Origin: Bradymonadales bacterium
GTDB taxonomy: Bacteria > Bdellovibrionota > UBA2394
DNA length: 46,127 bases
NCBI GenBank assembly: GCA_007693605.1
Contig: REDG01000028.1
Coordinates: forward strand, 1-46,127
Direction: 5' to 3'
A model generated the notes under the pieces. The model was given only the letters and a program-made list of their open reading frames with translations, searched no databases and was not told where the DNA came from. Position 1 is the first letter of the stretch. Every line of letters begins with the position of its first letter. This document shows, piece after piece, positions 37,552 through 46,127 of the stretch. A program made the translations under genes and the position numbers.

Positions 37552-38203
37552 AAAGAGCTCTCCCTCTTTTACTTTTGTTGAAATTATTGCGGTCATCGCA
37601 TTGATTGCCATTGTGGTGGGAGTCAGCGTTCAAGGCTTTCGATCGGCTTCTGGGCCCCTTCGAAGAGGAAGTCAAAACCTCATTCGAGACATTCAGGGGG
37701 CTTATCATCAGGCCTTGCGACAAGGCGAGGTCTTTCGAATGGAATTCTTCCCCGAAGATTCCCTCTATCAAATTTCGAAGTTTGAATTGCCGAGCCCGCC
37801 TCCTTCCAGAGAAGACAGCGAGGCCTTTCGAGAATGGGAAGACGCCGAGCGCGAACGGATGGATCGACTGAGAGCGCTGGGCCGAGACGAGCGACGAAGC
37901 GTCAGCGCCATCGACCGTGCGAGCTTCATTCTGGTCGAACAGCGCGCCCTGCCCCGCCAGATTCAGCTGGCTGAATTTCACCGAGAAAGAGAAAACCCCT
38001 TAGAAGCCGACTCTGCTTATATATTGTTTTACCCTACCGGCGAGCTCGATTCTGTCCTGATGATTTTTGAAGATCTTCAGGGCAGAAAAATGAGTTTGTT
38101 CACTGAAGCCCTGACGGGGCGTGTTCGCACTTTCGCTCGGGCCCTGAGTCTGGAAGAATGGGCAGAGAAGAGAATAGTCGGGTATCGTGATGAAGAGAAT
38201 TAA
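37529..38203 (+). CDS. gspH: Minor pseudopilin H
   Basis: S-FTFVEII, FYPTG; position in the cluster. Confidence 0.8.
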   Translation: MTSPTGTKKSSPSFTFVEIIAVIALIAIVVGVSVQGFRSASGPLRRGSQNLIRDIQGAYHQALRQGEVFRMEFFPEDSLYQISKFELPSPPPSREDSEAFREWEDAERERMDRLRALGRDERRSVSAIDRASFILVEQRALPRQIQLAEFHRERENPLEADSAYILFYPTGELDSVLMIFEDLQGRKMSLFTEALTGRVRTFARALSLEEWAEKRIVGYRDEEN

Positions 38204-38696
38204 ATTTCAAAAGGCATTCACTCTCATTGAAGTCATCGCGGCTGTCTCTCTTCTCGCCTTGGCTTTGTTGGGTATTTTGCAAGGCCAATCCGGAAGCGTG
38301 CAAAGCATCGTTCGCTCAGAGGCGATGGCTCAAGCCTATCTGTTGGCTCAACAAAAGATGACCGAGCTTGAGATTGAAGTCTCTCGCACCAACTTTGAAG
38401 CCATCGATGAAGAGAGAACCGGCAGATTCGAAGAGCCCGGTCTGGAGAACTTCCGATGGATTCAAAGACTAGAGTTTGTGGAAGCCGGATGTTTCATTCC
38501 AGCCCCGCCAGAGGGAGCTGAAGGGAGTGGCGCCCAGTCTGCGGGCTACTTTGGGGCGATAGAAGATATTATTCAGCAGCATGTCAGAAGATTGAGCGTC
38601 GAGGTGATTTGGGAGGGCTCGAATCGACCGCTTCGGGCCAACTTAAGTCAGCTTTTTGTGAGATTTGCAGACATTCCTCGATTTCGGTTGAACTAA
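38190..38696 (+). CDS. gspI: Minor pseudopilin I
   Basis: A-FTLIEVI, FRW, VEVIW. Confidence 0.82.
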   Translation: MKRIKFQKAFTLIEVIAAVSLLALALLGILQGQSGSVQSIVRSEAMAQAYLLAQQKMTELEIEVSRTNFEAIDEERTGRFEEPGLENFRWIQRLEFVEAGCFIPAPPEGAEGSGAQSAGYFGAIEDIIQQHVRRLSVEVIWEGSNRPLRANLSQLFVRFADIPRFRLN

Positions 38697-38698
38697 GA

Positions 38699-39382
38699 AT
38701 GAAGCGAAAGATTAAATTGCGAACTCAAAGCTCTTTCACTCTGGCTGAGGTTTTGGCCGCTATTACGCTGTTTGCCGTGATGTCGGTCGGAATTGCTTCG
38801 TTGATGCGAGAAACGACGCGAGTCAGCGGCCGGGTGGAGTCAAGACAATTCAGCGTTTTGGCAGGACAACTGGCGATGGAGAGACTCTCGCGAGAACTCT
38901 CTCAAACCTTTCGAGAAAGACTACAAAGAGAAGAAACCCGTTTTGTGGCGCGAGATTCTGGGCAGGGCTGGGATCTGGTTTTTTCATATCTGGACAGCCC
39001 CATGCGAAGTCTGTTTGAGAGAAGAAGCCCGGGCGTCAAACTCGTGCACTACTTTCTGGAACCTTCCCCGCGAGGAACTTTCCGATTGATGCGAGCAGAA
39101 GTGCCCATCAACCTTGAAGCCCAACTCGAACTCCAAACCGCTCAGGTGGTCGCCGAAGGCCTTCTTGAGTTGGAACTCTCCTTTTATGACCCCCGAAATG
39201 ATCAATGGATTGAAGATTGGGACAGCAACGGACCCTATACTGGAGGCTACTTTCCTCAGGCTGTAAGAATCTCGCTCGTGATGGTTGACCCTCAACTGCC
39301 GAGAGAAGACTGGGATTCGCGAAGTCTTCGCTTCCAGACCAGCAGTCTTTTGCTCAATGAAATTGAGGAGCACCGGCGATGA
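38699..39382 (+). CDS. gspJ: Minor pseudopilin J
   Basis: S-FTLAEVL, WIEDWDS, PQAVRI. Confidence 0.82.
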   Translation: MKRKIKLRTQSSFTLAEVLAAITLFAVMSVGIASLMRETTRVSGRVESRQFSVLAGQLAMERLSRELSQTFRERLQREETRFVARDSGQGWDLVFSYLDSPMRSLFERRSPGVKLVHYFLEPSPRGTFRLMRAEVPINLEAQLELQTAQVVAEGLLELELSFYDPRNDQWIEDWDSNGPYTGGYFPQAVRISLVMVDPQLPREDWDSRSLRFQTSSLLLNEIEEHRR

Positions 39383-40461
39383 TTCTTAAAAAAAGAAGAA
39401 ATCCCGCCGTGGCATTGATGATCGTGATCACATCGATTGTTATTTTGAGTTTTGGAATTCGTGAGCTGGTCTTAAAAACGGGGGCTCAGGTCGATCGTGT
39501 TCGAAACTCATACGATCGGACTCAAGCCCTCTATCTCGCTCGAAGCACCCAAAACATTGCCCGCATTCTTGTAATCTTGCACACGACCGTTAGCCCAGAT
39601 CGTGATTCCGCTCGTAGCACTTGGAATCAGCCCATCGTCTTTCCGATTCCCATTGAGGCCTTGAGTGCGTTGAGTGAGAGTTTTGGAGCCGAAGAACCTC
39701 GTCGCTTTGACCTGGATTTTGAAGAACGAACGATCGTGGATCGCTGCCAAGATTTTTTTGCGGGCTTTCAGGGCGAGGCCATTTCACAAGTGGAAGACCT
39801 GTCGGCTCGCCTCAATTTGAACGACCTCAATCGCCCTGAGCTTCAAGAAACGCTTCGAAGATTGATGACCAGAGATTTTCAACTCATTGAGTCATTGCGA
39901 GATCGCAATATTGACCCAGAACAAGTGGTGAGAGAGGCTTTGCAATACATCTCAGCCGAAGTGGACTTCTTCTTACCCCGCCCCATCGATTACGAATACG
40001 AGCCCAAGAGACGAGAGCTTAGCGTCACCGAGGAGTTCAAAATGCTGCCAAGCGTCGACGATGAGCTTTTTCAGTCAATAAAAGACGATATCGTGGCTGT
40101 TTCATTTCCTCGAAGACCTCGACCCAGTAAAATAAATATGAACACAGTGAGTCGAGAGCTTTTTCAGTCTTTGCTACAAGGTGTTCCAAACCCTGAAGTC
40201 ATCGCCGACCGATTCGTTCGAGAACGCGATGAAGAGGGTCGTGAGTTTGGAGAAAATGATTTGCCCCAGATCCTAGAATTTTTACAACTTGAAGAGAGAA
40301 TGCTTCCGATCGAGCTTCTAGATACGAAGTCTCAATTCTATCGGATCTCGACGCTTGCTCGAGTCGGCGAAACCAAGATTGAGCTGGAATCCATTCTGAA
40401 ATCTCCCTCTCTCAGCGACCAAGAAATTCAACCCTTTGTAAGAATGAGGGTCAGCCCATGA
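39379..40461 (+). CDS. gspK: Minor pseudopilin K
   Basis: A-VALMIV (no Glu5), DLSARLNLN, KINMNT. Confidence 0.82.
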   Translation: MILKKRRNPAVALMIVITSIVILSFGIRELVLKTGAQVDRVRNSYDRTQALYLARSTQNIARILVILHTTVSPDRDSARSTWNQPIVFPIPIEALSALSESFGAEEPRRFDLDFEERTIVDRCQDFFAGFQGEAISQVEDLSARLNLNDLNRPELQETLRRLMTRDFQLIESLRDRNIDPEQVVREALQYISAEVDFFLPRPIDYEYEPKRRELSVTEEFKMLPSVDDELFQSIKDDIVAVSFPRRPRPSKINMNTVSRELFQSLLQGVPNPEVIADRFVRERDEEGREFGENDLPQILEFLQLEERMLPIELLDTKSQFYRISTLARVGETKIELESILKSPSLSDQEIQPFVRMRVSP

Positions 40462-42089
40462 ATTGGATTTTCTTAGACTTTGGATCTTACCGCTTCAAGG
40501 CTTTGAAGGCTTCAATTGAGGGCAATCAAGTTGAGCTGGAGTCGAGTTTGAGCTTCCCCTGCCATCCGGAGTTTTTTGAAGGACTGGACTTTCCCACCTC
40601 TTCGGCCTGGGCTGCGATGTCGGTTCAGCTGCACGAAAACAACTGGCTGAGTGAGGAGCAGAGCGCTGTCATCTCTCAACTCCCCGGAAGTTATCTAGAG
40701 ACCCGCTATCTGGAGTTTCCATTTAACTCCCCCAAAAAGATCGACCGAGTTCTCGAGATGGAGCTGGAGTCTCAGATTCCCTTTGAGATTGAAAAGCTGA
40801 TCGAGAAGCACCATCTTTTGAAGGGCCCGGGTGTGAGAGAATCTGCATCGGCCCTCGTCCATGTCATTTCTTATCAGCGAGAGCTCATTCGAAAGTATGA
40901 AAAAGAACTCAAGGCCTTTCAGCTCTCTGTTCCCGCCTTCTCTGCAGACACCTTAAGCCTTCCCTCCCTTCGACTGGGCCTAGAGGCTCCGCCTGTTTTT
41001 GCTTTTCTCTATTTTGGGCATCGAAAAACTCACTGGGTCCTCATGCAACAGTCAGGAGAAGTGCTGGCTCAACGAGTCTTTTGGTGGGGGGGTGAACTCC
41101 TCATTCGGGCCTTGGCCGCAGGCCTTCAGATCTCAAACGAAGAAGCAGAGGCGGTTTTAAAGTCCACAAGCTGTCTAGATCGCTCTGCAGAGACCTCTGA
41201 CGAAGATTTGGTACGAAGAGAGCTTCTAGAAACTCAGGTCGTTCAGTTTGCCAACCTCTTTCGTCAGAGTCTTAAGGCTCATCTGCAGACCGGGCTGGAT
41301 ATTCCGAAGCCCTTGCCGATCTTTGTGATGGGCGGGCTTTCTCGGCTAGCGGGGCTTCAAAGCCTCATCACCACTAAACTCGAAGGCGATTTTGAACTGC
41401 AGCTTCAAGACTACCCCATTGAAAACCTGACAAGCATTTGTCGCAATCTCGATAGTCTGCCTGAACTTGATTCGACCTACGGCTTGCTGGCTCAGGCGCT
41501 CTCACAGACGAGAAGCCAAAAAGGAAGAGTCTTTCACTTTTCAGAATCTGGATTTCAGCTTCAACAAAACATCAGGAGAATCAAGGGCCAGGGTTTGAGC
41601 CTTTTGAGAAAAGTAGCGGTCATTTTGATTGCCCCCGTCGCTTATCTCATTTTCAGCCTGAGTATGGATCGGCTGGAACAGAGGCAACTAGAGACTTCCG
41701 TTCGGGGCTTCTTGCAAGAGAGTCGCCTTGATTTAGATTTGGAGGCCAGCATTTCAGACATCATTAATCAGCTTCGAAGAATGAATCGCACCAGAGTTCA
41801 AATGCAGAGTTTTCTTGAAGAGGACGAGCTGAGCCCCTTGATGATTCTAACAGGCCTTTCGCGCGCCATCCCCTCTCGCGTGAAAGTGGATATGAACGAG
41901 TTTCAGGTTACAGAAACTCAGGTGAATCTCGATCTCGATACCGATGGCTCTAGTTCGCATCTTACAATTATGTCGAGCATTCAGAGCCTATACCCCAACG
42001 CCAGCTCTTCAGAGCTGCGAGCTTGCGATCGATTTCCAAATTGTCAGAACTTTAAAGTGCAATTTCCAAGGCAAGGGAGCGGCAGTTGA
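40458..42089 (+). CDS. gspL: T2SS protein L (PilM-like actin fold plus PilN-like periplasmic part)
   Basis: LDFGSYRFK, QIPF, WGG, GGLSRL; one TM helix. Confidence 0.8.
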   Translation: MNWIFLDFGSYRFKALKASIEGNQVELESSLSFPCHPEFFEGLDFPTSSAWAAMSVQLHENNWLSEEQSAVISQLPGSYLETRYLEFPFNSPKKIDRVLEMELESQIPFEIEKLIEKHHLLKGPGVRESASALVHVISYQRELIRKYEKELKAFQLSVPAFSADTLSLPSLRLGLEAPPVFAFLYFGHRKTHWVLMQQSGEVLAQRVFWWGGELLIRALAAGLQISNEEAEAVLKSTSCLDRSAETSDEDLVRRELLETQVVQFANLFRQSLKAHLQTGLDIPKPLPIFVMGGLSRLAGLQSLITTKLEGDFELQLQDYPIENLTSICRNLDSLPELDSTYGLLAQALSQTRSQKGRVFHFSESGFQLQQNIRRIKGQGLSLLRKVAVILIAPVAYLIFSLSMDRLEQRQLETSVRGFLQESRLDLDLEASISDIINQLRRMNRTRVQMQSFLEEDELSPLMILTGLSRAIPSRVKVDMNEFQVTETQVNLDLDTDGSSSHLTIMSSIQSLYPNASSSELRACDRFPNCQNFKVQFPRQGSGS

Positions 42090-42682
42090 TGGAAAAGCTT
42101 CAAGCCCTACGCGAACGCTTGCAAGAGTTGTTTGAAGTCACAAAGGAGAGGCTTGTCGAGTTTTGGAAGCCCTTGAATCCCAGAGAAAAGATGATTGTTG
42201 GCGGAGCCGTCGCGATTTTCTGTTCCGCCCTTCTCATTTTTGTGGCCAGCCAAAGTCTTCAGTGGATCTCAAGGTCGGTCGCAGGACCCCGAGTAGACAT
42301 CAGCGAAGTGGAGCAGATTCGGCGAATTGTCAGTGAGTTAGGGGCAAGTCAAATGGAGATTCGGCGCTTTGAGAGAATGAGAGCCGAAATGGGAGATGAC
42401 TTTAATTTTCGGGAGCATTTGGAAACCGAGGCGAGACGAGCCGGTCTTCAGATACGAGATTTACAGGCGGCCCGCCCAAGCACCCCACTGGTGGGGCCGG
42501 ACGAAGAGTTTTATGAACTTCAGCTCGACTTACAGAGCCCCCTGCCTGCGAGCCTTCGCTTCTTGAATTCTCTTGATCAGACCTTAGGAATTCGAGTGGT
42601 CGGCCTTCGAGTTAAGCCCAGTTTTGCAGATCGCCAAAGAGCAGAGGTTCGGGCAGAGATTGCCTATCGGAAGGTCCAATGA
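42089..42682 (+). CDS. gspM: T2SS protein M
   Basis: WKPLNPREK followed by a TM helix; position. Confidence 0.75.
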   Translation: MEKLQALRERLQELFEVTKERLVEFWKPLNPREKMIVGGAVAIFCSALLIFVASQSLQWISRSVAGPRVDISEVEQIRRIVSELGASQMEIRRFERMRAEMGDDFNFREHLETEARRAGLQIRDLQAARPSTPLVGPDEEFYELQLDLQSPLPASLRFLNSLDQTLGIRVVGLRVKPSFADRQRAEVRAEIAYRKVQ

Positions 42683-43560
42683 AACGAAAACTGAAGTACG
42701 CCGCTCTTGGCCTCGGACTCTTTTCATTCTTTCTTGTGATCACATTTCCATTTGATCGCCTGGTGACTCCCCTCAACCGATTGAGCTCTCAAGTTCTGTC
42801 GCAAGCGACGGGCCATTCTTTTGAGTGTCGGATGGGCATCCCTCAGATCTCTTGGACGCTTTCTGTTCGAAGCTCTTCGCTTCGCTGTGAAGCGCCTCGG
42901 ATGCCAGACATTGAGTTTCGCAATCTCGAGCTCAGGCTTTTGCCCTGGAAACATCGCTTGAGCCTGAGACAAGGCGAAGATGCTCAGTTGTCGGCGAGTG
43001 TTTGGATGAGGCCTTGGAGTCCTCCTCGAAGAACTCGACTTGAACTTGACCGCTTTCAGGCAGAAACTTTGTTGCCTTTGGTTTTTGGTGCCATTCGAAT
43101 GACGGGGACTCCTGTCGCCTTTGATCTTGAAATGCAGGGCCGAATCACGGGTCTGGTGGACCTCCCCTTGAGAGACTTTGAGAGAGCCAATGGGGAGGTT
43201 CAGCTCCGATTTGAAGACATGAAGATTCCGCGACAGGCTTTGTTGGATTTGATCGGCCTTCAAGATCTTTCAGTCGATCCCGCAGTGATTCACGCTCGTA
43301 TCGATCGAGGACATGTGAGCATTGAAGAAGTGCGACTGCAGAGCGAAACGGCCGCGATTGAGTTGGAGGGGGGCTGGCAACTGACTGAAAATTTGGAAGA
43401 GTCGACAGGAAATCTTCTCTTTCGATGGAGAATTCAAGAATCAGATGCCACTCGTCGAAGCTTTCTTGGGCCTCTGCTACGCCAGAATTTCTGTCAGTCG
43501 GTCGACCCTCAAGGCTTCTGCCAAATTAGATTCGCCCGCCTCTCTGATTTCGGCCTTTAG
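42679..43560 (+). CDS. gspN: T2SS protein N
   Basis: N-terminal TM ending TFP; beta-rich; last gene of the cluster. Confidence 0.7.
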   Translation: MKRKLKYAALGLGLFSFFLVITFPFDRLVTPLNRLSSQVLSQATGHSFECRMGIPQISWTLSVRSSSLRCEAPRMPDIEFRNLELRLLPWKHRLSLRQGEDAQLSASVWMRPWSPPRRTRLELDRFQAETLLPLVFGAIRMTGTPVAFDLEMQGRITGLVDLPLRDFERANGEVQLRFEDMKIPRQALLDLIGLQDLSVDPAVIHARIDRGHVSIEEVRLQSETAAIELEGGWQLTENLEESTGNLLFRWRIQESDATRRSFLGPLLRQNFCQSVDPQGFCQIRFARLSDFGL

Positions 43561-43650
43561 TGCTTGATGCGGTTTAGGGCAGATAGGCCCTTAGTTCCCT
43601 CTTCACTGATAGGCCTGTTGGCTCCAGCTTCACCTTCTAAGTCTTGCGTA

Positions 43651-43680
43651 CAAAGCAGATGGGCCTTTTCCGCCAGTCCC
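43651..43680 (+). repeat. Dispersed REP/MITE-like repeat end, copy 3
   Basis: CAAAGCAGATGGGCCTTTTCCGCCAGTCCC, 27/30 identical to 28566-28595; degenerate copy at 43579-43594. Confidence 0.75.
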
Positions 43681-43729
43681 AGAGGTTTTTCGCTTGTATT
43701 CGACCAAAGCATTAGTTACCGGAAAGGCC

Positions 43730-45352
43730 ATGCTTTCGCTCTGTTTGTTTTCAGAGAATGTGAAGATTCTGTCTCTGCCTCTCAAGAAGGAGGTCTACCG
43801 CTTGGGTCGATCGGCGGATTGTGATGTGGTTTTGCATGATGAGCTGGTATCGAGGGAGCACCTCTGCTTGCGAAAGAAGTCTGGTCAATGGACTGTCGAA
43901 GACCTCTCTCGCAATGGCTTGTTTGTCGGGAAGAAAAAGCTGCCAAATCATCTACAGGCCTTAGAGCTGAATACTCGCTACGAGATGGGTGCAAGATTCT
44001 CATTTGAGCTCCAAGACTTGGAGCTCCCATCAAAGACCCTTCTCAGCTCAGGCTCTTTGACTGAACTGGTGGTCTTGGGTCGAGACGAAGCCAGCCTTCG
44101 AGTCCAGAATGCTCAACTGATGCCTGAGGGAGGCAGTGCCGCCACCCCCATCTCAATTGGCCGAGAGGGATTGAGCATCGGAAGACATCCTTCTAACGAC
44201 TTGGTGCTAACAGACCCAGCCGTCTCACTTTTTCACGCCAGAATCGTCATTGAAAACAATTCTTTTTTCTTTAGCGATCTTCAGAGCACCAATGGAAGCT
44301 TTATCGACGGACTCAAAGTTCATCGCGCTGTTCTGAGGGGAAATCATGAGATTCGCATCAGCTCGCAGAGCTTTCGATTTGAAATTCAAGAGAACCGCAT
44401 GAAGATTCAACGACGACAAAGAACTCGATTCTTTGAAATCTTGAGTTCTGACTCGCAGATGCAAGCCCTCTTCGACCTTGCCGAGACGGTAGCTCCGACC
44501 GATGCGCCGGTCTTTCTTTCTGGAGAGACCGGAACCGGCAAAGAATTGTTTGCCAAAGCGATTCATCAACTCTCTAGTCGAAGCTTCAAGCCCATGATCT
44601 CGCTGAACTGCGCGGCTCTTCCCTCCGAACTTGCAGAATCGGAACTTTTTGGACATGAAAAGGGAGCCTTCACGGGCGCTCAAGCCCTTCGTCGGGGAGC
44701 TTTCGAACGAGCAGAAAATAGTAGCCTTTTTCTGGACGAAGTGGCCGATTTAGATTTGAAGCTTCAAGCAAAACTTCTGCGAGTGCTTGAAACCGGTGAT
44801 TACTATCGAATAGGCGCTGAAGAGCCTCGAATCTCTCAAGTGCGCATCATCGCGGCCAGTCACAAGAACTTAGAGGAGGAAGTCGCCGAGGGTCGCTTTC
44901 GAGAGGACCTTTACTTTCGACTCAAAATCATTCCGTTTGACATCCCTCCGCTCCGAGATCGACCTCAAGACATTCGCTTAATTTCAGAAGAAATCTTACC
45001 AAAACTCTCATGGACGGACGGCGTTGATGAGGAAGTTCTGGAGTTTTTGACAAGGCTTCCGCTTTTTGGAAATGTGCGAGAACTGAAAAATCATTTAATG
45101 AGAGCCATCGTTCAAAGAAAGGCCCGCTCCAGATCTTCTGGCCCCTTGGAGCTTGAAGATTTTCGATTTTTGACGATGGCTGCCATTGGCCAACGAGGCC
45201 GAGACCCCGAAGAAAACAAGAAACGACGGGAGATTGAAAAGGCCCTGAAAGACAATCATTTCAATCAGAGTCGAACGGCTCGGGCCTTAAAGCTGCCGGT
45301 CAGCACCCTTCATGATCGGATGAAGCGATACGGGATTTCAGCGAAAGCCTAG
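43730..45352 (+). CDS. sigma54 enhancer-binding protein with two FHA domains (likely start ATG 43730)
   Basis: LGRS..VSREH..SRNG; IGRH..VSLFH..STNG; GETGTGKE, GAFTGA, FLDEV, REDLYFRL, Fis-type HTH. Confidence 0.94.
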   Translation: MLSLCLFSENVKILSLPLKKEVYRLGRSADCDVVLHDELVSREHLCLRKKSGQWTVEDLSRNGLFVGKKKLPNHLQALELNTRYEMGARFSFELQDLELPSKTLLSSGSLTELVVLGRDEASLRVQNAQLMPEGGSAATPISIGREGLSIGRHPSNDLVLTDPAVSLFHARIVIENNSFFFSDLQSTNGSFIDGLKVHRAVLRGNHEIRISSQSFRFEIQENRMKIQRRQRTRFFEILSSDSQMQALFDLAETVAPTDAPVFLSGETGTGKELFAKAIHQLSSRSFKPMISLNCAALPSELAESELFGHEKGAFTGAQALRRGAFERAENSSLFLDEVADLDLKLQAKLLRVLETGDYYRIGAEEPRISQVRIIAASHKNLEEEVAEGRFREDLYFRLKIIPFDIPPLRDRPQDIRLISEEILPKLSWTDGVDEEVLEFLTRLPLFGNVRELKNHLMRAIVQRKARSRSSGPLELEDFRFLTMAAIGQRGRDPEENKKRREIEKALKDNHFNQSRTARALKLPVSTLHDRMKRYGISAKA

Positions 45353-45400
45353 CAATAGGACTCAGCTTGCAGTCTAAGGCCCAAAGGATTAAAAAATCTT

Positions 45401-45976
45401 ATGGCTGCAGACGAAGAATTTTTTGATCGACTGGTTCAAAATCGACGGAGCCTGAAGTCCTTTAATGGAAATGCGGTATCAAAAGCTTCGGTCGAAAAGA
45501 TCTTGAATTGGGCCACTCAAAGCCCGAATCATCTTCTCAATCAGCCTTGGCGATTTCGAGTCTGCCTTCAGGGGGGCATTCAGAGTTTTGTGGAATGCCT
45601 GAAGACGAGAGTCTCAGAATCCGAATGGAAGGCCTTGAACTCTGGCGCTCAAAGACTGTTGACGGCAGGCGCACTTATTATAGTGAGCGTGCAGAGGGGC
45701 GAGTCTGAACTCCGTCGAGAGGAAAATTTTGCGGCGGCTGCGGCCGCCACTCAAAGTCTTTTGCTGGGCGCCACCGCACTTGGAATTCGAAGCTTTTGGA
45801 GCACAGGCAAGCTGATGAGGCATGACGAGACTCGAAGTCTTTTTGGAATTCCTGACGAGGAGATTTTTGTCGGAGGAATTTGGCTCGGAGAGGGTCCGAT
45901 TCCCCCAAGCCCCCCACGACGCCCCTTAGAAGAAGTCAGCCAGTGGTTTGACGACTTCACTACTCCATCGACTTAA
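45401..45976 (+). CDS. Nitroreductase family protein (YdjA-like)
   Basis: RRSLKSF, SPNH, QPWRF, GIRSFWSTG. Confidence 0.88.
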   Translation: MAADEEFFDRLVQNRRSLKSFNGNAVSKASVEKILNWATQSPNHLLNQPWRFRVCLQGGIQSFVECLKTRVSESEWKALNSGAQRLLTAGALIIVSVQRGESELRREENFAAAAAATQSLLLGATALGIRSFWSTGKLMRHDETRSLFGIPDEEIFVGGIWLGEGPIPPSPPRRPLEEVSQWFDDFTTPST

Positions 45977-46028
45977 AACTCATGCTGGCCCCTGACACCA
46001 AGGGACCCCGATGAAGCAAAAACCAGGA

Positions 46029-46127
46029 ACGCAGCCGCCGAAGTAGATGGGCCCCTTGCGCTTCCTGGGGACTGGCGATAAGGGTCCAGATGCGAGAAGG
46101 CAAGGAGCGAGCATCGCAGTGTGGTTT
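46029..46127. repeat. Repeat-family end followed by an inverted end running off the window
   Basis: ACGCAGCCGCCGAAGTAGATGGGCCC, then GGGACTGGCGATAAGGGTCCAGATGC (46068-46093), close to the reverse complement of the family motif. Confidence 0.75.

Noticed and set aside
43564..43824. 86-aa ORF between gspN and the activator
   Set aside because: Spans repeat remnants and overlaps the activator in another frame

Overview
Bacterial chromosomal window whose gene content suggests Bdellovibrionota or a related deltaproteobacterial lineage (inference). It holds a purC-S-Q-L-F operon (-), mutS coupled to a SprT-like metalloprotease, gatCAB-ilvE-lipoprotein-Ser/Thr kinase, tRNA-Cys(GCA), two PilZ proteins, an NYN nuclease, an M23 peptidase, an FHA-GGDEF cyclase, a desaturase, a VKOR-DsbA fusion, a gspC-N type II secretion cluster, a double-FHA sigma54 activator and a nitroreductase. 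Accessory material includes two large secreted orphans, an HNH remnant and a dispersed inverted-repeat family. The most interesting structure is a tandem array downstream of tRNA-Cys with no integrase in the window: repeated tRNA 3'-end fragments, a duplicated 94-bp structured element, a repeated 17-bp palindrome and a self-contained Fic-MerR cassette with its own operator. Also notable are a SprT-like protease with a possible beta-clamp motif coupled to mutS, and five pseudopilins that all lack the canonical Gly-1. All calls come from reading motifs by eye; no searches were run.
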